From NCBI GenBank assembly GCA_947589015.1, contig CANPZF010000005.1, forward strand, positions 4,341 through 68,340: DNA of 64,000 bases, in the 5' to 3' direction. Position numbers and translations under genes: made by a program. Source of the DNA: an uncultured Clostridia bacterium. GTDB taxonomy: Bacteria > Bacillota > Clostridia > TANB77 > CAG-508. The notes below the pieces were generated by a model. The model had not been told where the DNA came from, did not search any database, and saw only the letters and a program-made list of their open reading frames with translations. Below, piece after piece: positions 29,442 through 39,092 of the stretch (positions are counted from its first letter, which is position 1; each line of letters opens with the position of its first letter).

Positions 29442-30976
29442 GCGTTTTCTCCATTTCTTATTTTTAATATTTTAAAAATTAAATTTTTTGATTGTGCAAA
29501 TTCTTCTGATTTAAAAAAGCAAATATATTGTATAAAATTTGATATTATAAAGCATATTGTAATATAAATAACAATTGAATATATTCCATCTATTTTTAAA
29601 CAACCACAATACCAAACAGAAACAACTGTACAAATAATTATACATATTAGATGTTTTAATAAATATATACAATATTTAATCATTGAGCACTTATAAATAT
29701 ATTTAAATAAATTATGTAATATCCATGGAATAGCTATAAAAATTTCACTTAAAATAGTGGCTATTATTATTCCATATAATCCTATAATATTAACTAGTAA
29801 AATATTTAAAATCAAATTCACTATTCCTGTAATAAATGGTCTAAATCTATCATAATGCCATAAACCAGCCGCATCTTTTATTGTAGCCCACATTGTTGGT
29901 AAAACTAATACATAAAATAACATACAAAATAATATTATATAATTATCTTGTAACATTAAATCATTTCCTACCCATATTTTCATAAATGGTTGATACAAAC
30001 ATGCTAGACAACAAATACATATGCAACATATCCATTGAATAATAAATGTAAATTTTTTCAAATCTGTATAATTTTTTTCCTTTGTTTCAGTTATTAAGCT
30101 ATTACCAATGCCTGCAAGAACAGCATTAAATATCACCATCATAATTCCATATATAGCATTTAATACATAATAATAATTCTGATATATTGCAAGTTGTGCC
30201 AGACCTAAAAAAGTAGAAATCACTATAGAATCAGTAGAATTTACTGCTACAGTACCAATTTTAGTAATAAATAAATCCTTTATTTTTTGATTTAACTTTT
30301 TTATTTTGATTTTATCTAATTTCCCTTTTGGCACAAGGCTAGGATACATTTTGATAGAAATTATAGCTGTAACAACATTAATACAAATTTGCCCCAGAAG
30401 TGTTAAAACTATATAATAGTAATAATTCTTAAATATTATCAGTGCTATAGCTTGCAATACATACATTATTGTGTTTATTATAATTGTAATTTTACTGATT
30501 ATATCTACTCTTTGATATGCCTGTAATAGCGAATTTTTATAAGCAAACAACCAATATGAAAATACTGTAGCTAATAAATTAATTAGATATAAAATATAAG
30601 CATTAATATTGGATGGTAAATCACTTTTTATTAAATATGGTATAAATGGACATATTGCTAATCCTACAAGTAGTATAACTGTTCCAATAATTCTATAATA
30701 AATTTTGTATAATCTCATTAAAGCACATAATTCTTCTTCATTGTCATTTGCTATTGGCCTATACATACAAAAAACCATAGCATTGCCCACTCCTAGTTCC
30801 GCTAAATTAAGCACTTGTAATATAGATGTAAACAAACTATTTAATCCTAAATATTCTACTCCCAGGTAATAGATCATTAAAGTACGCATTAAAAATGGAA
30901 TAATTATTTGATATAACTTTAACATTGTTCCAAAAATTATGTTTTGCTTTGCTCTTTTAGTCCTTTCGATTTTCAT
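29438..30976 (-). CDS. wzx: Polysaccharide flippase (Wzx, MOP superfamily).
   Basis: 512 aa, about 12-14 TM, typical Wzx topology. It overlaps the downstream gene start by 4 nt. Confidence 0.75.
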   Translation of the reverse strand: MKIERTKRAKQNIIFGTMLKLYQIIIPFLMRTLMIYYLGVEYLGLNSLFTSILQVLNLAELGVGNAMVFCMYRPIANDNEEELCALMRLYKIYYRIIGTVILLVGLAICPFIPYLIKSDLPSNINAYILYLINLLATVFSYWLFAYKNSLLQAYQRVDIISKITIIINTIMYVLQAIALIIFKNYYYYIVLTLLGQICINVVTAIISIKMYPSLVPKGKLDKIKIKKLNQKIKDLFITKIGTVAVNSTDSIVISTFLGLAQLAIYQNYYYVLNAIYGIMMVIFNAVLAGIGNSLITETKEKNYTDLKKFTFIIQWICCICICCLACLYQPFMKIWVGNDLMLQDNYIILFCMLFYVLVLPTMWATIKDAAGLWHYDRFRPFITGIVNLILNILLVNIIGLYGIIIATILSEIFIAIPWILHNLFKYIYKCSMIKYCIYLLKHLICIIICTVVSVWYCGCLKIDGIYSIVIYITICFIISNFIQYICFFKSEEFAQSKNLIFKILKIRNGENA

Positions 30977-31007
30977 ACCTAGTACTCCTTTTTGCTATAA
31001 AATGTAT

Positions 31008-32084
31008 CTAATTTTTTAATGCTTTTTCTATAAACTCATTTGCTTTTTTTCTTTCTTCTTCTAAAATCTTATAATTTTCAAAATAATTACATTCCAACAT
31101 ATTTTTATCTATTTTTCCTGAATATTTTCTATCTTGTAAATTAAATGTTTCAAGTAACGTATCAATTCTAGACATCATGTCACATGCTTCACCTTCTCTG
31201 TCAAATATAAAAAATGGTTTTTCGTATAAAATTGCAAAAATGCATGCATGGAAAGAATCTGTACATATAAGAAACGCATTTTTTTCTAAATACAAAAACT
31301 CGCTTGGTCCAGTTGTATAAAACTTTGATTTTTTGTCTAATAAGTTTATAATTTTGCAGTTATTCTCTTTCGCTACTCTCTTTATTTCCCTTTTTCTCTC
31401 GTTTGACAAATCCCCTAAAAAATATGTTAAGATATACTTGTCCGTATTTAATACTTTAGGTCTTTTAACTATTTTGTCCCATTCTTCTATAGTAATTAAC
31501 ATTGTAGGATCCAACAATGTCATAACATCTTTTCTTCCTGTTAATTCTTCAATTATTTTTTCTGCATTTTTCTCTCTTACAGATATACTTTTAAATTTTT
31601 TTATTTCTTTTATAAATATTTCTTGCTTTTCCTTTGGTATTTCTCTTGCACCAATACTTGCTGAAAAGGCTATTCTTTTTCTTCCTTCTGCAAAAGATAG
31701 CAAATCAATATTTGTTAATCTCCAATTTGGATTCCATATTTGATCACTTCCAGCAACAAAGTAATCATAGTCGTTATTTAAATTTTGTTTTATATTATCT
31801 GGTGTAATACAAAAGTCTGTTTTTTTGATATATCTATTTGTAAAATATTCAAAGTTTCTTCTTCTTTTATTAACTATCCTAGTTTCAAATACTATTCGAT
31901 ATAGTTTTTTTATTCCTCTTTGAAAAAAATTACTTATTTTTAAATTTCTTTTTTGTTTTATAGAATCATTGACTATTGTTTCTACATCTACATTTTGCTT
32001 TTTTAAGATTTGCTGTACTGCATAATTTTGAAGTCTATTTCCATAATTATTATTATCATAGCATGTTACTATCCCAACTTTCAT
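31008..32084 (-). CDS. Polysaccharide pyruvyl transferase (CsaB/WcaK family).
   Basis: MKVGIVTCYDNNNYGNRLQNYA N-terminus and the conserved GSDQIWN motif. Confidence 0.75.
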   Translation of the reverse strand: MKVGIVTCYDNNNYGNRLQNYAVQQILKKQNVDVETIVNDSIKQKRNLKISNFFQRGIKKLYRIVFETRIVNKRRRNFEYFTNRYIKKTDFCITPDNIKQNLNNDYDYFVAGSDQIWNPNWRLTNIDLLSFAEGRKRIAFSASIGAREIPKEKQEIFIKEIKKFKSISVREKNAEKIIEELTGRKDVMTLLDPTMLITIEEWDKIVKRPKVLNTDKYILTYFLGDLSNERKREIKRVAKENNCKIINLLDKKSKFYTTGPSEFLYLEKNAFLICTDSFHACIFAILYEKPFFIFDREGEACDMMSRIDTLLETFNLQDRKYSGKIDKNMLECNYFENYKILEEERKKANEFIEKALKN

Positions 32085-32137
32085 AATTTCGTTCCTTTCT
32101 TATATTCACTTACTGTAAAAAAAATTAATTATTATTT

Positions 32138-33202
32138 TTACATGCTTAGTATTTTATTTATTTTTCTTAATAACTTCTTTATTTGTTGTTTCATTAAATA
32201 CGGTATTTTTATTTTTATTGTGCTATATATAACAATAGCATTATATTGTTTCTCTACAAATAATCTGTTCAGCCTATTCAATTTAAACTTTTCAATTTGT
32301 ACCTCTTTCTTTATCTGCTCTCTTGCATATTTTATTATTTCAATTTTTTCTTGTTTCTGCATTCCACTTACAAATACACTATTTAAAACTGTAACCATTT
32401 CATTTACTATTCTTTTACTAATTAAATCCCTATTTTCTTTTGTATCAACATTCCATACTTTTATTATATTATACAATTTACTATACACTTCATAAGTGTC
32501 TTTTATATTACTTTTTATCTTTTTTATATTTGTTGTAGTTGTTATGCTATCTTCTGTTTTTCTATAATGATAAAAATAATTTTTTGTAAATACTATACTG
32601 TTTATGTTATTGTATATTTCTAAATTTGTTAATAAGTCGTCTCCCATTTTTATATTGTTATTTTGTACTTTTACATTTTTTATAACTTCTTTTTTTATAA
32701 GTTGTCCACATATAGCATTACAACTATAACTATTTAAAATTACTGGATATAAATATTTTTCAAATTGTTCTCTAGATATATATTTTTCTTCTTTGTAAGG
32801 TCCCTCTATTTCCGTTTTTATTCCCTCTTCAACTTGTTCTCTTATCATATTAAATCTTACTACGTCTGCATTGTACATTTCTGAAATTTGCAAGTTTTTT
32901 TGAATAGTTTCTAAATCTAACCAATCATCTGAATCAACAAATATTACATATTTTCCTGTTGATTTTTGTATACCTTCTAACCTGCTATATATGGGACCTT
33001 TATTTTCTCTATCTATTACTATAATCCTATTATCATTGTGTTGATATTTTTTTAATATATTTATCGAATTATCACTTGAACCATCATTTATCACTATTAT
33101 TTCTAAATTGTTATATGTTTGATTTATAATACTGTCTAAGCATTTTCCAAGATACTTCTCGGTATTATATACTGGTATTACTACACTTACTTTCTCGTTC
33201 AT
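32138..33202 (-). CDS. Family-2 glycosyltransferase.
   Basis: VSVVIPVYNTEKYL ... DGSSD ... FVDSDD (DXD). The start is placed at MNEKV, behind RBS GGGTGA. Confidence 0.8.
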   Translation of the reverse strand: MNEKVSVVIPVYNTEKYLGKCLDSIINQTYNNLEIIVINDGSSDNSINILKKYQHNDNRIIVIDRENKGPIYSRLEGIQKSTGKYVIFVDSDDWLDLETIQKNLQISEMYNADVVRFNMIREQVEEGIKTEIEGPYKEEKYISREQFEKYLYPVILNSYSCNAICGQLIKKEVIKNVKVQNNNIKMGDDLLTNLEIYNNINSIVFTKNYFYHYRKTEDSITTTTNIKKIKSNIKDTYEVYSKLYNIIKVWNVDTKENRDLISKRIVNEMVTVLNSVFVSGMQKQEKIEIIKYAREQIKKEVQIEKFKLNRLNRLFVEKQYNAIVIYSTIKIKIPYLMKQQIKKLLRKINKILSM

Positions 33203-34445
33203 CTTTTTCACCCATATCATAAGATTTTATATAAATTATTGCATATCCTATTACAGACCAAAAAATTCTTAAATAAATCATATCTACAAACATACTTGCA
33301 ATAAGAATCCCTATAAATGCACAAAATGGAACTTTATTTTCTATCCTATATGATAATCTCCATATATTTTTGAGTAATAGACACATTATTGTGAATCCTA
33401 TAATTCCACCTTCTATTAAAATAGTAAAAAATATGTTATGACTATATACGTTATTATTAATGCTTCCTATTTTTTCAAATAATACTTGATTCCCTGCATT
33501 ATATCTAAATGTACCTATTCCATTTCCTAATAATTTTTTGTCGATTTCTGAATTTTCAAAATATTCAATAGCTGTTTTCCATATAGATGTTCTACCTGCT
33601 CCACCATCACTCAGCATACCTTCTATAGAAAATCTTTCTGTTGTTGTTTCAGGTACAAATGGAATTATAAAAGTTAATATAGCAATAACAATTAAAAATA
33701 TTTCAAATACTTTTGTAAATTTGTGTTGTTTCTTAGAGTAAAGAAACAAATATATAAATGTTGCTAATATAATTGCCATTAAACTACCTCTAGATCCTGA
33801 TAATAAAATAGAAAAAGACATATTTATAAGCACTATAGCAATCAGAATTTTTTTTCTCTCTTTATTAATTATTTTTTTTAATCCTATTAAAAAAGGTACT
33901 ATTAACGATGCTGAATATATATTAGGATCTATCAATCCATCAAAAAACTTTAGAGCTGATCTGTCTATTATGTATACATTAAAAATAGCTATAAATATGC
34001 TAAATAATCCCATTACTACTAGCCAAATATTTTCTATTTTTTTTATATCTTCCTTTTCTATAGTTTTGCTTAAAATTATAAATACAAATACCAAATTTTG
34101 TAAAAGTAATAAAATCATTTCTTGTGTTTTATCAAATTCATAGTCACTTATAATCATAGTAAAAAACATATATCCAAAAAACAATAATGTAATTTTTTCT
34201 ATTTTAATTGAATTTCTTTTATTTTTATGCTCAATCTTTATTTCTGTAATATTGTTTATAACAAAAAATAATATAATTACTAAAATTAGTATTTTAGTAA
34301 TATGACTATAAATGCCTAAATTTCTTATATAATCAAAAGGAGTTAATGCTAGATATAAACCTATAAATATAACCATTGATTTATATGCAAATGTTTTTCT
34401 TTGATTAGATATTAAATATTCATTCATTTGTTTTCCTTTCATCAT
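33165..34445 (-). CDS. wzy: Wzy-type polysaccharide polymerase / O-antigen ligase-like membrane protein.
   Basis: 426 aa, about 10-12 TM, with a large loop containing a SGSRG-like motif. Confidence 0.6.
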   Translation of the reverse strand: MMKGKQMNEYLISNQRKTFAYKSMVIFIGLYLALTPFDYIRNLGIYSHITKILILVIILFFVINNITEIKIEHKNKRNSIKIEKITLLFFGYMFFTMIISDYEFDKTQEMILLLLQNLVFVFIILSKTIEKEDIKKIENIWLVVMGLFSIFIAIFNVYIIDRSALKFFDGLIDPNIYSASLIVPFLIGLKKIINKERKKILIAIVLINMSFSILLSGSRGSLMAIILATFIYLFLYSKKQHKFTKVFEIFLIVIAILTFIIPFVPETTTERFSIEGMLSDGGAGRTSIWKTAIEYFENSEIDKKLLGNGIGTFRYNAGNQVLFEKIGSINNNVYSHNIFFTILIEGGIIGFTIMCLLLKNIWRLSYRIENKVPFCAFIGILIASMFVDMIYLRIFWSVIGYAIIYIKSYDMGEKDERESKCSNTSI

Positions 34446-35547
34446 AATATAGTTTTATATATCTTCTTTCTAATTTTTTTGCTTCGACCTTTATGTCATA
34501 TCCCATTTTTTTCAAATTATCCAAATCTATTTTTCTTTGTTTTCCTAAATATTCTTGTAATTTTTTTATCCATATATCAACATCTAATTTAGTAAAGCAA
34601 ACATTACTATTTATCTTTGTTTCCTTAGTAACACCCTCTGAAAATATACATGGCAAATTGTTTGCTTGTGCTTCTATTGCCACAAATGGTAATCCCTCAT
34701 ATAAAGATGGTAATATAAAGATATCAAACATATTTAAAATTTCATTTATATTGTTCGCTCTATCTATAATAATTATTGCATTTTCCAATTTTTCCCTTAC
34801 TATTTTATTTTTTATCTTATCTTTTAAAGGTCCTTCTCCTATTAAAACTAATTTGCTATTACTGTTTTGTTCATAATATTTTTTAAATAATTCTATAATA
34901 AATTCGTGATTCTTTTGCGCCGAAAATCTACCTATATTTCCAATTACTTTTTCATCTTTTAAATTATATAGTTTCCTTAATCTTTTTCTTTTTTCTTCAT
35001 TGAACTTATATTTTTCTAATTCTATAGCATTTTTTACTAAAATTACTTTTTGGTTTTGCTGATTTTTCTTTCCATATAGCCATTCTCCAGCAAGCCTTGA
35101 ACATGTCCAATATTCAGTTGCACATTTTTTTACTTTTTGTTTATATATATTAAATATTATTTTTTTCATTTTGTTATCATATACAAAATCTGCTGTGTGG
35201 CTATGTGATATTCTAACAGGTACATTACATCTTTTTGCTATACTTAGAAAAAGCCCATTTAAATGGTTTGCATGAGCATGAACTATTTTATATTTTCCTG
35301 TTTTTAATATTTTTTTTATTTCTTTTTTATGTTTAAAGAAATGTTTCCCCCTTTGTGGAACATTATAAATTTTTCCTCCCATAGATTTTATTTCATCATC
35401 ATATACTCCTTTTTCATAACCATTTACAATAAAATCTATTTGCACTTTTGTTTTATCTATATTTCTGTAATAGTTCATTATAAAAGTTTCTATTCCACCA
35501 TAATTTAATCTTCCGCCAACAATGTATAATACTCTAATTGGTTCCAT
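34420..35547 (-). CDS. Family-4 glycosyltransferase.
   Basis: EX7E motif EGLPFVAIEAQA. The start is placed at MEPIRVLYIVGG, behind RBS AGAGGAA. Confidence 0.75.
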   Translation of the reverse strand: MEPIRVLYIVGGRLNYGGIETFIMNYYRNIDKTKVQIDFIVNGYEKGVYDDEIKSMGGKIYNVPQRGKHFFKHKKEIKKILKTGKYKIVHAHANHLNGLFLSIAKRCNVPVRISHSHTADFVYDNKMKKIIFNIYKQKVKKCATEYWTCSRLAGEWLYGKKNQQNQKVILVKNAIELEKYKFNEEKRKRLRKLYNLKDEKVIGNIGRFSAQKNHEFIIELFKKYYEQNSNSKLVLIGEGPLKDKIKNKIVREKLENAIIIIDRANNINEILNMFDIFILPSLYEGLPFVAIEAQANNLPCIFSEGVTKETKINSNVCFTKLDVDIWIKKLQEYLGKQRKIDLDNLKKMGYDIKVEAKKLERRYIKLYYDERKTNE

Positions 35548-35563
35548 TTTTATTCCTCTTTCT

Positions 35564-36658
35564 TTAGTTGTCATCTATTATCATTTTTAATAATTCTTCC
35601 CAATTTTGTGCATAAGGTTTTTCAACATAAACTTCCTGTGTTTGAATATATGTATTTGTATTATTTATTTCTTTTAGCATTATTTCACTTAGTTGATTAT
35701 AATTTTCAATCTCAAAAAAGCTAGCTTTATTATACTGACCAACAGTTTCATGTGCATAAGGTAAATCTGCTAGAATTATAGGTTTTCCTGTTAGTTTATA
35801 TTCAGAAATCGGTAATCCCCATGTTTCGAGTTTAGATGGAAATATCATACAATTAGAAGAATTATACATATCAAATAATTTTTTTTGTTCTTGTAATCCC
35901 ACAAATTTAATATTTTCTATATATTTATATTTATCTACAATTTTCTTGGAATATTTATTTTCTGTGCCATCAATAGTTAAAATTACTTCAAAATTATTAA
36001 CATTTTTCTCTTTTAATATTTCACTCGCTTCGCATATGGTTTCAAAACTTTTATAAGCTCTTGAAAACGATGGAAATATAAACGTATATTTTTTGTTGTC
36101 TTCAGTTTTATCTTCTGGATGGAAATTGCTTGCTGTTTGATTTGGTCTTGCTACAATTACACTGTCTAAATTAAACATTTTTTTAAATTCTTTTCGTATC
36201 CAATCTTGTTGAACAATTATTCCATTGTTTTTATGAATATTTATTCTATATATGTACTTAAATAGCTTTGAAAAAAGGTAAAGTTTAAAACCTTCTTTTA
36301 TTTTTGCTTTATAAAATGGTGTTGGATTATGACAATATACAAATCTTTTTTTTGCTTTTACATTTGGTGTAATTTCATGTACTGAAAACCATATATCTAT
36401 ATCTTTGTCTTTTGAATATCTTTTGAAATAAATGTATTCATAGAATAATCTATTTACCCAATGTTTTCTTGACTTAGGTAGCTCAATAAAGTCAATATAT
36501 CTATCAAATTCCTTAAAAAGTTCCTTTTTGTGAACAAATGCTGTTATTTGGTTATATTTATGGTAATTAAGTCTAATCAATTCTGTTAAAATTTGTTTAT
36601 ATATGGTTAATGCTCCTGTATTATATATATTTATTCCTGATAAGACTATGTGTTTCAT
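35564..36658 (-). CDS. Glycosyltransferase (GT4-like).
   Basis: ETWGLPISEYKLTGKPII motif. Length is 364 aa. Confidence 0.65.
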   Translation of the reverse strand: MKHIVLSGINIYNTGALTIYKQILTELIRLNYHKYNQITAFVHKKELFKEFDRYIDFIELPKSRKHWVNRLFYEYIYFKRYSKDKDIDIWFSVHEITPNVKAKKRFVYCHNPTPFYKAKIKEGFKLYLFSKLFKYIYRINIHKNNGIIVQQDWIRKEFKKMFNLDSVIVARPNQTASNFHPEDKTEDNKKYTFIFPSFSRAYKSFETICEASEILKEKNVNNFEVILTIDGTENKYSKKIVDKYKYIENIKFVGLQEQKKLFDMYNSSNCMIFPSKLETWGLPISEYKLTGKPIILADLPYAHETVGQYNKASFFEIENYNQLSEIMLKEINNTNTYIQTQEVYVEKPYAQNWEELLKMIIDDN

Positions 36659-36755
36659 TTTTTATTTCCTTTCCATTAATTTGTTTTAAAAATTTATTAT
36701 TTTTACAGAACTCTCTAATACGATTGAGTAAATATGTCAGAAATATTGTTTAGCA

Positions 36756-37907
36756 TCATTCTATAATTTCTTCAAAAATTTTTTTAATTTTATTTTTTAA
36801 TATTTCTATTTCAAATTCTTTTTTGTACATTCGAGAAACATTTTCTCTTAATTTTATAAAATCTTCTTTTGATGTTGTTGCTATTTGTTTAATTATTTTC
36901 TCTAGGTTAACTTCTTCTACATTTACTCCTACACCATACTTTTCTACTAGCTTTATTGAATCTTCTTTTATGTTATTTAAAATGGGTAATCCAAACTTGA
37001 AATATTCTAATGACTTCATTGTTAGTCCCACACAGGTTGAACTTTTCATTATATTTATTCCAAATACACATCTATTAGTTATGTATTTTTTTACTTGGTC
37101 ATCATAGTTTTTTCCATAAAACTTGTATTCTATATTATTTGATTCTAATTTTTCTAGTAGTTCTTGTCGCTTTTCTCCTTCACCAACTATGTGTACTTTT
37201 ATTTTTTTATTTTTGTTTAACTCATATAACAAGTTAGCAATAAAATCTATATCTACTATATTGTTTATTGATCCTATATGGCAAACTTCAATTTTTTCAT
37301 CGCTAATATTTTCTTCATATCCTTTATAGTTATCTGCCAAATATATTGTTTTAGTTTTTTCAGGTAATTTGCCTACTAACATTTTTTGATACAAATTACA
37401 TTCTGTTACAACAAAGTCTGCCTTTTTTAAATTTTTATCTCTTAAGCTTCTCCAAAAATGTAATGGTAATGCTAAAACATTTTTTAATTTTCCAAATGGT
37501 AAAGTTTCTGGCCATAAATCTATTATGTCAAAAATAACCTTCACATCTTTGTTTTTTCTTTTATATTTAATAATGTATTTTGTTAAAAAATTTGGTGGTA
37601 TCATTGAATAGATAATATCTGGTTTTATTTTTTCTAACTCTTTTACTACTTTTTTTGCAAAGTCATAATGCGAATATATTCTTTGATAAGATAGATTTTT
37701 CTTATATTGTTTTGTATTTATATATATTACATTTTGTTTTTTTTCTTGTATTTTTGTTTTTAGTCTATGGTCAAAATCTGACAATATAACACTTACATTT
37801 TTTGTTTCTTCTTCTAATGCTTTAACAATATATTCGGTCCTATGTTCTAATGTAAAGCATGATATTATTGCAATTTTAACTTGTTTATTTTTTACATTTT
37901 TGCTCAT
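36756..37907 (-). CDS. Glycosyltransferase (GT4-like, WbuB-type).
   Basis: 383 aa, Rossmann-like GT-B features. It lies within the capsule locus. Confidence 0.6.
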   Translation of the reverse strand: MSKNVKNKQVKIAIISCFTLEHRTEYIVKALEEETKNVSVILSDFDHRLKTKIQEKKQNVIYINTKQYKKNLSYQRIYSHYDFAKKVVKELEKIKPDIIYSMIPPNFLTKYIIKYKRKNKDVKVIFDIIDLWPETLPFGKLKNVLALPLHFWRSLRDKNLKKADFVVTECNLYQKMLVGKLPEKTKTIYLADNYKGYEENISDEKIEVCHIGSINNIVDIDFIANLLYELNKNKKIKVHIVGEGEKRQELLEKLESNNIEYKFYGKNYDDQVKKYITNRCVFGINIMKSSTCVGLTMKSLEYFKFGLPILNNIKEDSIKLVEKYGVGVNVEEVNLEKIIKQIATTSKEDFIKLRENVSRMYKKEFEIEILKNKIKKIFEEIIE

Positions 37908-37912
37908 TTATT

Positions 37913-38222
37913 GTTTTCCTCTACTTTTTTACTATCAATATATTGTTTTACTTCGATATCTAATCCTTTCTCAAAAGGCATTGGGCTATATCCAAAAATC
38001 TTTTGAGGCTTTTTCATAATTAAATACTCTTGTTTCATTCATTCTTAGTACTTTTATTATTCTTCTAACTTTATTCTCTAATGCTACATTTAAAACATTT
38101 TTCCTTATAAAAAATCTTATTTTCTCTGTATAATCGTTTTTCTCTAATTCTTTTAAAAAATATCTTCCTGTATATCCAGTAATTCCTGTTACTAATATCA
38201 ATTTTATTTTTCCTTTCAGCAA
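37913..38222 (-). pseudogene. Remnant of an NAD-dependent sugar epimerase gene with a large internal deletion.
   Basis: The 5' part (38222-37986) encodes the Rossmann motif KLILVTGITGYTGRYF. In another frame, 38022-37913 encodes the typical C-terminus KIFGYSPMPFEKGLDIEVKQYI. About 250 codons between them are missing. Confidence 0.6.
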
Positions 38223-38225
38223 TTA

Positions 38226-38852
38226 TTATATAATAATCTTTTCTTTTTTATTTTCTTGTTTTCCTTCTACTATGCCTTCATGTTTGAATACATTTTTTAT
38301 CGTTTTAAAAAATATCTTTACATCTAATAAAAATGACATTTTCTCTATATATTGACCATCATACTTAGCTTTTTCTATTATAGAAAGCTCATCTCTACCA
38401 TTTATTTGTGCCAATCCAGTCAATCCCGGTCTAACATTATTTGCACCGTATTTTTCTCTTTCCTGTATTAAATCTTTTTGATTCCATAATGCTGGTCTTG
38501 GTCCTATAATAGACATATCGCCTTTTAGAATATTTATTAATTGTGGTAATTCATCTATGCTAGTTTTCCTCATGAAATTGCCAAATTTCGTTATATAATT
38601 TTGTGCTCCTTGTAACATATGCGTAGGTATGTCTTTAGGTGTATCTTCTTTCATTGTTCTGAATTTATATATTGTAAAAATTTTCTTGTTTTTCCCTATT
38701 CTTTTTTGCTTAAAAAAAACTGATCCATTTGACTCACATTTTATTATGATTGCAAATATGAAAAAAAAAGGAATTAATATTAATAGAATAATAAAAGATA
38801 AAATAACATCTATTAATCTTTTAAACATAAAATATGCTTTTTTATTTTTCAA
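38226..38852 (-). CDS. Initiating undecaprenyl-phosphate sugar phosphotransferase (bacterial sugar transferase, small WbaP/CpsE-type).
   Basis: One TM, then KRIGKNKKIFTIYKFRTM ... IGPRP ... PGLTGLAQI. Confidence 0.85.
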   Translation of the reverse strand: MKNKKAYFMFKRLIDVILSFIILLILIPFFFIFAIIIKCESNGSVFFKQKRIGKNKKIFTIYKFRTMKEDTPKDIPTHMLQGAQNYITKFGNFMRKTSIDELPQLINILKGDMSIIGPRPALWNQKDLIQEREKYGANNVRPGLTGLAQINGRDELSIIEKAKYDGQYIEKMSFLLDVKIFFKTIKNVFKHEGIVEGKQENKKEKIII

Positions 38853-39092
38853 ATTTTTGTCCTTCTTTCTTACTATTTAGTCTAGTTTCATATACTTTAA
38901 TTTGGTCTTGATTCAATATTACAATATTATATTGTCTTTTATATCTTTAAAGTATATAATATCTTTTTTACTTTATAGTTTTGTTTTTAATTCAATATGC
39001 GGATCCTAAACTTTATAATACGTTTTCTACCCAAACTAAGTCTTGTCTATTTTTTAATAATTTAGGATCCCTTTTCCATAATCCTTATTTAC

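Noticed and set aside
31333-32495. Plus-strand ORFs of 136 and 161 aa.
   Set aside because: They are antisense to the pyruvyl transferase and GT2 genes and overlap them. They have low-complexity hydrophobic translations typical of AT-rich antisense frames.
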